A stretch of 64,000 bases of DNA from Eledone cirrhosa (lineage: Eukaryota), in NCBI GenBank assembly GCA_964016885.1, contig OZ024740.1, positions 50,220,001 through 50,284,000 of the forward strand, given 5' to 3'. Of the stretch, positions 53,761 through 64,000 are shown piece after piece. The notes below the pieces were generated by a model that was not told where the DNA came from, made no database searches, and saw nothing but the letters and a program-made list of their open reading frames with translations. Position 1 is the stretch's first letter; each line of letters opens with the position of its first letter. A program made the translations under genes and the position numbers.

Positions 53761-55649
53761 AACTAGATAATTGAAATTTCATTTATTTACTGTTAAATTT
53801 TCAAGCAGCAAGTGTCTATTGATATTATTCCAAGTCAATAAATTACAATTTCACTCAGTCTTTAATCAGGCAAATCCTATATACTTCTCTAATCTAAGAT
53901 CTGCAATAACGGTTAGGCTATGCTTCATGAAAAGGGTCAATAAATCTAAAACTTTACTTATAAAGATCAGACTCACTCCCTACTCCATACTATATTTAAT
54001 TGATTTTAATTAATTAAAATGTATAAGTTGTCTCCCTCTGCCTCTTTATCAGAACTATTGATTTAGAAAATTATTGTTCTTATTACTATGGGTATAATTA
54101 TAATTATTCAGAATTTTTAGGTTTTCTACATCAAGTACGCTAGTGCTCACTTTCTAAGAAGTTGTGATGCAGCAGGCGCCCCTCGGTATGTCTCCCGAAA
54201 TTCGAGTTAAGTCAGTGTTAACATATTAACTAATTAAAATCAAGTATGATGAGGAAAGGGCAGCATTAACTCAATGTTTTAATCATTTCATCATATATGA
54301 TGAACAACTCCGGACATGTTTCTGTTTTAGACCTCCACAATGAAAGGCTTCGTCATACCTTTCAAAGATGTGATGAAAGGATCCAAAAGTACATGGAGGA
54401 AATTACTCAAAGACACCATCCTCATGAAAAATAATAATTCATTTCGAGTATACATATTCAATGCAGTGAGCATTATTCGTGTACAGCATTGTATATCTAC
54501 TTAGAAATTTCTCAACATCACTTCAACAAATATAGTGAAATATATGCTTCGCTGAGATCTAATAAATCCAAACCATGCCGGAAATTTTCTCTCGTATTTG
54601 TCGAAAAGATTAAAACTATAGTACTCATTAAACTAATGTGTTTTCTCATACTAAATTATTTTTAATCAGCAGGTATATTCTCACTTCATTAAATATATTT
54701 CACTAAGTAGTTAATAGTTATGTAAAATGTCATTCCATATAATTTTTTGTTAGCCAAAGTTGTACAACAGTGAAGTTTTAATGCAAATGTCGAGTCGAGA
54801 TAGTTTCTAAATTCTCATCTTAAAAGAATCAAATACGAATAGCCTGAAATATGGATAATTGGTTTGTTACCCCTTGTCTTGTCGGGAATTGTTGTGGGAT
54901 TTATAACAATATACATTTCCCTGTACGGTTAAACATGTGTGAAACAAATTTGTATTCGTCATTGAGACCAGCTGCAATATAAGATAGTAAATAGAATATC
55001 ATCTCTCCACCTAATTACTGTTCATGAATAAAGTTTGCAATTTCATGGTGCGTTCGACTCACATTTCTTCCTATAATCATCAAGAAAACAAAATTCTAAA
55101 CCGGAGCATTTATTTCACATGACAACAGGAGTTTCCTATTAATTATGGTCCAATAAGCAGTTCTTAAGTATTGTCCAATTCTCATAGGATGTACTTCAAA
55201 CAATGGTAAAATCAATTTGATTTTGGCTTAATTGGCTGTATTCCAGAGCATAATTAGCGTTTGGCACTCCATGGAGAGATTACAATACTACTTAAAATTC
55301 CACTATCTCTGTAAATAGTCGAATATGCAATCTATCCTATTTAAGAAAGTTAGACTTCTTTCTATATAAAATCATTGTAAGAAGACACTTTCATTAGTAG
55401 TATCTCTTGCTTAAATATTCACCTGTGTTAACTTAGACTATTATACTTCCCTAATATTTAAAGAATATGGCCCGTCATTTAGAATGTTAACATTTGCACA
55501 TGAAACTAATCAGACCAAGAATTCAGTTTGTTCAATTTACATTCGTATGAAACAGTTCTAATCCTGTAAAAATTGTATCTGCCCCACCCCACGACGTTCC
55601 TCTCTCCGGCTCCCCGGGCGTTCCTCTCTCCGAACCTGAACGTTCCCTC

Positions 55650-57050
55650 TTCAGTAAGGGTCTATAATTCACTACTTATAGCGATGAATTTTGCAGTGTG
55701 TGGATATTGAACGGTTTTTATGCCACACCAAAATGTAGGTACATTTCCACAGTACACCACCGGCTTCCAATGACCCAGACCGCTTCATGGATCTGGCTCG
55801 GCGATCATTTCATTGGACGCCAGTACCAGAACAATGCAGCATCTTAGACACATTCATTGACACCTGTCAGAGTGCCATTAACAGGTTCAACTTCCATAAA
55901 CGCTCCCAGCGGTGCAATATCTCTCGAACCGAACTTGCCGTCCTCTGCTTCCTTCGAAGCCAAGATGACATCGTCATCAAACCGGCAGACAAGTAGGTGG
56001 CACTGCGACCACTTCATAATCCCCTTTTCTGCCGCCAGCTGCCCTCTGATTCCACCTCTCCATACAAGCAATAAGTGTCCTCCACCGTAAAACAACTCGA
56101 CACCTCCGCACTTCTACCCCCATCATCACCAACCTCATAGTTCGCACATCACACACTTCTACCATCTACTTCCTCTCCAAAGTTCACAAACCGGATACCC
56201 CTGGCCACCCCATCGCCTCCGCTATCTCGACTTCATCCTCGCAGCCTAGTAGCCGCCCTCCTCTCCCACATGTTTGACACCAACTATATCCTCCACCTCT
56301 TCCACTTCCCTCCTTTTCACCCGCAAGATCAAATCCCTTTACACAGTCATCCCCCGACCGAAGGCCTGCGTGCCTTCCAACACTTCTTCGACCTTCGCCC
56401 CTCCTCTCATCCCTCTATGTTGACTCTCATCCGCCTTACCGAGCTGGTCCTTACCGTCAACTGCTTTGCCTTCTCGGAGGAAGTTTACCAACAGGTAACT
56501 GGGGTGACCATAGGCATAAGAATGGGCCCCAACTAAGCCAACAGCCGTTATAACAACGACTGTATCGGCTTCACCTCACTCATCCGAGAACTCATGCATG
56601 CAACTTCCGATATCTCCTCGTCCGCAGTTCCCTTCCTCCCCTGACACCTTCCCGGGATCTCATCCCTGGTCCCGACCCCATTGTGACATATGCAACTTCA
56701 TCACCAACACCACCACCTTCACTAGGCCTAACAGCCAATCCTTCTAAGCCAGGGGCTCCTTCCGCTGCCCCTCCTCCAGTCTTGTCTACGGGTTTCATTG
56801 TACGCGATAGGAGGCCGTCTACATCGGGCAAACCGGTCGTCGACCAGTGGACAGGTTCGCCGAACATCTTCGAGATATCCGACGCGGTAACCAGTCTCTG
56901 GTCGCCACCCACTGCCTCACTGTTTTCGGCCTCGTTTCGTTGCTTGCTCCGAACTCACGAACTCATGTCTGAGAAGAGAGCAGCACCTTATTTCTTTCTC
57001 TCCAAACCTCGAACTCTGAATGAAAACGACCTTAACTCCCCCTCTTCCTT
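55650..57050 (+). mobile_element. Decayed, internally deleted Penelope-like element (Neptune-like)
   Basis: SKGL, DDIVIKPADK, YFLSKVHKPDTPGHPI, ELVLTVNCFAF..YQQVTGVTIGIRMGPN, and GIY-YIG remnant LVYGFHC..VYIGQTGRR..DRFAEH. Confidence 0.82.
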
Positions 57051-57339
57051 TAGCCATCACGTACCTCCAACCCATTCTAACACCAGCACACGTGCACTAC
57101 CACTTCACCAACACACCCACTCACATGCGCACATAGACACACTAACACATATAAATACAAAAAAAACATGCACACCGACTTAACTAATTAATTAGTTACA
57201 CCAATACGACCATCATATACATTTAATTCTACTAACGCTACTAACAAATATATCAATTATACTAACGCTACTAATTAACTAACTCATCATTCTAACACGT
57301 CTAACCATATTACACTGCCAATTCAAACATTCACACTAC

Positions 57340-57873
57340 ACTCCTTTGCTACACACACACGCGCGCGCGCGCGCACGCGCACAAGCACGCACACACATAT
57401 TCACACACACACACATTAAAACAATATGTACACAGCACGCTATCCCATTCCCTCTTTCTACGTCACTACACCTTCACTCTATACCACTCATACCGTACTT
57501 TGTGTACCACTCACAGCCACCCCATCTACTGGTCACTTCCTGAACTAGTCCAGCGATGACCATTAACCCGTATGTTGCTGCAACTCTCATGACCAGGATT
57601 GTACAAAACACCGATACATACATCCATACAAGCTTATGAATACACACGTATAAAGACATTCACAGACACAGACCAACTACCACATGAACAAAACACACTA
57701 ACGCGTACACACGTACACACACACACATACATACACACACACACACACATGTATATATATGTGTGTGTGTGTGTACGTATATATATATGTGCATAAGGAA
57801 TCCACAGATACACATGTGTATACACACGCACATAAAACCATTCAGACACATACACACACGCATACACACACAT

Positions 57874-57933
<60 letters not shown>

Positions 57934-58153
57934 TAAATAATGTATACTTACGACACAGACTCATAACCACATAGAACTCAACCTAACACCAACCTTTACA
58001 CACATGCACACAAAACAGACACACGCGCGTATATATATATATAACCACATCCACACAAATGTGCACATGCACGCACACACAAATAATACAAACTGTTCAA
58101 AGACACCTACGTGTATACACACACACACTCATACATAAACATACACACTCATA

Positions 58154-58191
<38 letters not shown>

Positions 58192-58330
58192 CACACACAT
58201 ACAAAACTGCATAAGAATTCACAGACTCACGCAGACACACACGCCTGCACACTTCCATCAACGATCCACAAACTACACACACACACAGAAACAATAAAGC
58301 ACACCTACAAAATGCACTCCATCTACACAC
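57340..58330. repeat. Degenerate (CA)n-rich simple-repeat region
   Basis: Direct inspection. Confidence 0.9.
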
Positions 58331-58879
58331 AATCGTAGCAGCACCTATGACCAGTGGTGGAGTGGCCAGGTTGTCAGGTTGCCCAAAAGTAAGTGGGACC
58401 CAGGAGGCCCACAGTAGCATTGCAAGAGCCCACAGTAGCATTACAGGGCCCACTGTAGTATTTTAGTGGTCAATGCTTTGCTTTTGAAAAATACCTGAAA
58501 TCTAAGAGAAAAAATAATTTTTTTTTAAATAAATAAAACAATTAAGCAAAGCATTTGGTCAACCAATTCCCCAGTGAATTGCTAGAAACCAAAATATAAG
58601 ATAGTGCAAATAGCTGGAATCAGTGGTTGTACATTCTACTAAATCTAAAGCTTAGTGTATTCATTCATGCATGCAAACATACATATATAGACACAGACAC
58701 ACAAGCATATATATATATATATATATATATTATGCTTTGGGAGGGTCATGTTGCCAATAAGAAACACACGCACCAGTTGCTTTCACTCCAATTTATTATA
58801 AATTAAATTTATAAATTTAAGAATTTATAAATTTCCGGTTTGTTGGTTGGTTCCACAACTGGACGGCTGTTCATATATT

Positions 58880-58922
58880 GTCAAAGTTCTTTCGTCCCAC
58901 ATTCTGTGACCTCTTCAGTGAC
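58880..58922 (-). ncRNA. Minimal type-I hammerhead motif (left arm copy)
   Basis: GTCA-CTGAAGA-g-gtcaca gaatg tgggac-GAAAG AA CTT-TGAC; one stem II mismatch. Confidence 0.7.
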
Positions 58923-59047
58923 TGGGGATTCTTTTCTTTGTTTTTGTGCCTCTCCTTTGTTCAGTCCTACGCCATCTTGTTTTTGTGTGAACAAGATGGC
59001 GTAGGACAGAACAAAGGAGAGGCACAAAAACAAAGAAAAGAATCTCA

Positions 59048-59090
59048 GTCACTGAAGAGGTCACAGAATGTGTGACGAAAGAACTTTGAC
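59048..59090 (+). ncRNA. Minimal type-I hammerhead motif (right arm copy)
   Basis: Stem I GTCA/TGAC, core CTGAAGA and GAAA, 6-bp stem II gtcaca/tgtgac, short stem III, CUU triplet. Confidence 0.75.
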
Positions 59091-59384
59091 AATATATGAA
59101 CAACCGTCCGGTTGTGGAACCAACCAACCGGAAATTTATAAATTCTTAAATTTATAAATTTAATTTATAATAAATTGGAGTGAAAGCAACTGGTGCGTGT
59201 GTTTCTTATTGGCAACATGACCCTCCCAAAGCATAAGAATATCGGTTTCAACACACGTTTTCAGATAAAGAATCTTGATAAACAAATTCAGAAACGAAAT
59301 ATATATATTTATATACTTACACACGAACTACTGACCAATAATAATAAAGACATCTTTCATATCAATTAGTGGTGTAGTTGGTGT

Positions 59385-59470
<86 letters not shown>
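59385..59470. repeat. (GATA)n microsatellite at the LINE 3' end
   Basis: About 21 perfect units. Confidence 0.98.
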
Positions 59471-59684
59471 TTCTTTATTTACCATAAAGGCATAAAAAGA
59501 AGGGACAAATACAAAGGAGGAGTTTACATATAATCGAGTAAAAAGGGTGTAACATGAAAATAATCGAAAATAACCTCAAAAGGGAGGGGACGTGATGGGG
59601 GTTGCACACACCCCCGAAAAAGTGTGCAATCCTTTGCCCGGGGAGCACATGGAGAAGGTGCTCCCCTCTCCTTTACTTCTTTAC

Positions 59685-62600
59685 CTACAGGATGGTATAC
59701 AGAGAAGGCCCATTTACACGAGCCATTCTCGCCACTATCACCCACCTTTCATAAAACTGTCTGTGGCCAAGCACCTCTCTCTCCATTCTTATCCTTCTTC
59801 CGAAGTGATATCGGAAGAAGTAGACCAGACTATGGCCAGAGAGGAAGTTGCCTGACCTCAGACCTTTCAATCGTGTCCACCAAACAACCTCTTTCAACAT
59901 GGCTATTACGCACAGAAAAATCGCCTTTGCTTCCTTTGTGAAGAGGGGAGGCGGCTTGATTGTCATCACGGACTCGGCGATCAATCGAATCGGCGCCACC
60001 CGCGACAGCAGTCGTTCGGCGTAGCCCCACAGATCAGCCACGCCCGGACATTGCACCAATGCGTGCGCAACGGTTTCTTCGTGACGCACGCATCTAGGGA
60101 AAATCTTTTTCGAGGGATCCCTGCCCGGGCGCCCGTGTCTGTAGAGCCTCTCTCGAACGGGTAGAGCCCCCCGGTAGCACTGCCAGGCCAGTGACTTCTG
60201 GAAGTTGTCCATTGGTCCTGGGCCGAAAGTCCTACCGAACAGGCTGCCCAGTTCGTCTTCTTCCATGTCCAGCGACTCTCCAAGGGTGTCATCGCTCCTG
60301 CTAGCCACCAGCCCTCTATAGAATGCTGAGGTGGATTCTCCACCGATGGCCCGGCCCGCTTGCCAGAGAGCCCTGAGCGCCTGAGCACACTCAGTGTGCC
60401 AGTCTCCCAGTTTTCCGGATCTTTGCTTGACCCAGGACTGTAGCTCGGTGAGCGAGACGAGTCTCGGAAAGGCTCGTTTCACGAACGGAGCCCACACCGG
60501 TTGACCAGTGAGGAATACCTGTAGGTGCCGTAGCCTTAATGCGTGCCTACGCATCATCAACCACGGCATCCCCAGCCCTCCTTTCGAAGTTTGTTGGCAG
60601 CAGATGGATCTTCTCACCATAGGAGGACGCTTCTTCCAAAGAAATTGGAAGAGCATGCGTTCCATGGTGGTGAGTGTTTCCTTAGGGCAAGGCACGACAG
60701 TCAGGCGGTAGTAAGTGACGGACGCTATGTAAATGTTCGCCACCTCCGCCCGGCCTTTTAGGGACAGCTTACACTTGGCCCATTTCTGGGTTAGTGCAAA
60801 CACCTTGTTCGTAACCTCGTTCCAGTTCTTTTCCACCTGGAGGTCCGGTCCAAACCAGACCCCAAGCAACTTTACCGGGCCCTCCGTCCAGTGTCCGACG
60901 ACACCGTCAGGAGGCATCGGTCTGCCTCTCCACGTTCCGAGTTGCAGCCCGATGGATTTTTCCCGGTTCAGTTTCGCTCCTGACAACCTTTCGTACTCCT
61001 CCAGTAAGGTACCGATCGCCTCGATCTCCGAGTCGGTTGATACCATTACTGTTACGTCATCGGCGTAGGCCGGCACCGCTTTGCTCAATCCTGGTTCCAG
61101 GGGGATACCCTGCAACAACTCCAACTTCCTCAGTAAAGGCTCGAGAGTCAATACGTACAGAAGGGAGGAGAGAGGGCACCCCTGTCGAATGGATCGTGTG
61201 ATTTCGAACGGCTTCGAAAGGTAGCCGTTCACCTTGATCCTAGAACAGATGTGGTTGCTATGTAGGGCAGTGATCCAGCCTCTGAAAACAGGACCGAACC
61301 CAGCCGCCGCTAGCACCGCATCCAGGTAACCATGGTCGACCCTATCGAAGGCCTTAGACTGATCCAAGTTGATCAGGGCCCCACCGAAGCCGGGTTTGTT
61401 GCCAACCCTCTCTATGATGTATCGCATGAGGTGGAGGTTATCGTGAATGGACCTGGATGGGATAGCACATGTCTGCGCATCTCCCACCAGGCCACCCACG
61501 ACAAGCGCCAACCTCTTTGCTAACACCTTGGCCAAAATCTTTAACTCTGTGTTTAGCAGGGTTATGGGCCGAAAATTATTTATACTATCCCCCTTGTTCT
61601 CGTCCTTCCTCACCAGCGTGACTACGCCCTTGGCTACAGAACAAGGAATTCTCCCGTTCTGCCGCCAATTGCAGTAGACCGCTTCGAGGAGTTCGGAGAA
61701 GAAGACCGGCATTGCTAAATAAAGTTCGTAAGGTATACCATCGAGACCTGGAGATTTGCGTCTGCTGCATTGGCTCAGCGCATCTCCGATCTCATCAGCC
61801 GAGATTGGTCCCTCGCAGGACTCTGCCTCTTCGCTCGAGAGACGCGGCAGGCCGTCGAGGTATGGACTGAAATCCACGCCCCCGCCCGGACCCTCGCCTC
61901 CCCCGAACAATCGGGCAAAGTGCCTTTGAAAGGCCTCGCACATCTGCTTAGGCTCCCGGATCACCCGTCCATCTTCGTCTTGCAACCACCGGATGGTGGA
62001 TCGATTTCCACTCTTAGCTTCTGTCACGCGGGCCCATCCAACGGCTTTGGCCCCCTCATTACTTAGAGCACGTATTTTACTTCGAATGACGCAGCCTTCG
62101 TGCTTTGCATCGAAAAACTGGTTCAAGGCCGTCCTCGAAGCCAGCACTCTTCGCTCTTGATTGCCTCTTCTAATTTACCTGTTAATTCTTTCTCGTTCCT
62201 ATTCCTATCGGCAGCTAACATCTTGCTATAACTTATTGATTCTGTTCTAATCTCTCTTTTGAGAGATGCCCACCATCGGTTGTTGACGATTGCACCCGTC
62301 AACCTCTCCTTAACTAATCTGCTAATCCGGTTTCTGTAAGTCTCTTTTGCCGGTAAGGACAAATTAAGTTTCCAGTAACCGGGACCCTGTCTATGTGTTT
62401 TCTCGAGATTGACCACGCAGGTCACTAATTTGTGATCCGTGTAGCCAACCGTGCGCATTTCTGGACAGCTTAATATGTCCCTATCCTTACTTCTAACTAA
62501 GAATCTATCTAAGTACGATCTAGATTGACCACTGTGGTTTCTCCAAGTCCAGGTAGGCACAGTTGGAAAATCTAGTCGATATCTATCGACCAAGTTAAAA

Positions 62601-63112
62601 CGGTCGAGTAACCCCTTGAGGCTGTTACACCCCCCTCTATTAGGACATGCTCCTGCATAGTCCCAACGTGCATCCAGGATGTCATTCCAATCCCCCGCTA
62701 GAAGCAGGGAACGCGACGTTCCCAGAAAAGTCTCCAAACGCTGGAAGAAGTCGGGCCGTTCAGCTCTGAAAGGGGAGTAGACGGCGACCAGTCTCAAGGC
62801 CGCATTTTCACTACTGCCAACGTCTAGCACCAACAAACGACCCTCCGGGTCCGAGTGCACAACCTGTACGGCAAGACCCAGGTGTTTTTGCAGCAGTACG
62901 ACAACCCCACCCCCACCTCCAGGTTGACAGAGAGATGCATGCACCTCAAAGTCATCGAAGGTGGGGGCCAGCTGCCGCACGACGCTGATTCGAGTCTCAC
63001 AGATAACCATTACATTTATACTACATGACCTGAGGTCATTTAGAAGCTTTGCTTGCTTCCAAGTTGAGCCCAGGCCACGTGCATTCAAACATCCTACTCT
63101 TAACACATCCAT
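59685..63112 (-). pseudogene. ORF2 (APE endonuclease + RT + Cys motif) with one frameshift near 62135
   Basis: LNARGL, ICET, VYSP, GDWN, SYLDRF, TDHKLV, GYWKLN; KSPGLDG, NFRPITLLN, DQSKAFDRVDH, RQGCPLS, YADD, LLGV, PRC..ETVAHALVQC. Confidence 0.93.
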
Positions 63113-63145
63113 GTGGGCGGCAGAGCCAAAGGAGAGTGTAGAGAC

Positions 63146-64000
63146 CTACCTTTCCGCTTCCCGGGGTTCGGGTTGCAAGACTTCCATGGGGTCGGGGGTG
63201 TTGGGTGAAGGGGTGTCTTGTGGTGGTGTGGGGTCGTCAGTGTGTGGTGGGGTTGGGGTGTTTGGAGTTGTGTTGGGGAGGGGAAGGGGAGGGGGAAAGC
63301 TTTTTAGTAGGACGCGGTTTATGGGTTTGACAGAGGGTGGTCCTACGTCCTCCTTAAAATCCTTTTTTAGTTTTTGGTAGAGGTTCATTGGGATCTTTAT
63401 TAGTTTTAAATGTGGGTAGTTTTCTGACGAAACAAAGTTTACACCTTCGGTTTGTACCGAAGGATTATTGTATATGAGTTCATTTAATTTATTATTGTTT
63501 CTGTTGATGTAAGTATAGTGTAATGTCTTTTTTTCCGATGGTGTGAGTGTTTCGAAGAGGGGAGGGGCAGGTTTGGTTTTGTTTGTTGCTGGAGTGGTGT
63601 TTTCTGTTTTGTTGGATTGTGTTGAGATTTGGGTGGGGGTTGTTTGTCCTTGTGTGTTTTGCACATGTTTTCTTTTTTTCCTTTTAATCTGTCTGAAGGA
63701 CTCCGTTTCTTCCTCCGAATTCGTTGGGTTATCTTCAGTGTTGGAGGGAAGAGGTATGTTTGCTGGTAATGTTTCCGTGTTGGTTTTCTTTGTGGGAGAG
63801 ATGGATGTCACTATGTTAGACTGTGTTGTGTGTTGTGTCTGCGGTGGTTGTGTTATTTTATTGAGTGAGAGGTTGGGTGGGCCTGTATTTTGTTTTGGGG
63901 TAATGTGTTGTGACTGTTTGTGTTGTGGTGGTGTTGTGGTTTTACTGAGGGACGGGTTGGGTGGGACTGAGTTTTGTTGTTTGTTTATCTGTTGTGGTGG
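63146..64000 (-). CDS. LINE ORF1 C-terminal part (Pro/Thr/Asn-rich), partial
   Basis: Frame is stop-free to the window edge; basic patch KRKKRK; stop lies 33 nt before the ORF2 ATG. Confidence 0.75.
   Translation of the reverse strand, partial: PPQQINKQQNSVPPNPSLSKTTTPPQHKQSQHITPKQNTGPPNLSLNKITQPPQTQHTTQSNIVTSISPTKKTNTETLPANIPLPSNTEDNPTNSEEETESFRQIKRKKRKHVQNTQGQTTPTQISTQSNKTENTTPATNKTKPAPPLFETLTPSEKKTLHYTYINRNNNKLNELIYNNPSVQTEGVNFVSSENYPHLKLIKIPMNLYQKLKKDFKEDVGPPSVKPINRVLLKSFPPPLPLPNTTPNTPTPPHTDDPTPPQDTPSPNTPDPMEVLQPEPREAER

Larger units (their letters stand above)
58730..59300. repeat. 507-bp near-perfect palindrome (58730-59236) plus ~63-bp one-sided tail, between (TA)n
   Basis: ~250-bp arms ttatgctttggg... 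/ ...cccaaagcataa with an 8-nt loop at 58982-58989. Confidence 0.96.
59471..64000 (-). mobile_element. Tx1/L1-like non-LTR retrotransposon; 5' end lies outside the window
   Basis: ORF1 followed by APE-RT-Cys ORF2; short 3' UTR ending aataaagaaa. Confidence 0.93.

Noticed and set aside
53800-55600. Possible host exon in the AT-rich unique region
   Set aside because: No convincing ORF or protein motif; short exons cannot be excluded without RNA data.
58350-58460. Possible hAT/MITE end with short gcccacagtagcatt repeats
   Set aside because: No matching opposite TIR or TSD was found.
62120-62150. Programmed frameshift between APE and RT in the Tx1-like ORF2
   Set aside because: No slippery heptamer, and these domains are normally one ORF; most likely a single indel.

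Overview
Repeat-dominated animal genomic DNA with no recognisable host gene. It is probably cephalopod (octopus-like), inferred from the SINE and the microsatellite density. Bases 1-26,014 are a 14-bp satellite (ACACCATCTTCCCT), and its giant ORFs are artefacts. The remaining 38 kb is a mosaic of mostly decayed transposons, many sitting in or beside simple repeats: a Penelope-like element (PLE; RT + GIY-YIG) in (TA)n, two older PLE remnants, TA-flanked fold-back palindromes carrying hammerhead-ribozyme motifs, a CR1-like LINE, an R4/Dong-like LINE, a ~605-bp non-coding retroposon in (TGTA)n, a full-length Mag-like Gypsy LTR element in (GTC/GTT)n, three CRE-like fragments, a Helitron-like element, SINEs and a Tx1/L1-like LINE next to (GATA)n. 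Two signals stand out. (1) The PLE RT frame opens just before a T-TTT-TTA slippery site in an upstream Asn/His/Tyr-repeat ORF, suggesting programmed -1 frameshifting. (2) A 507-bp palindrome carries a minimal hammerhead on each strand. All family assignments are by eye from motifs; no database search was run.
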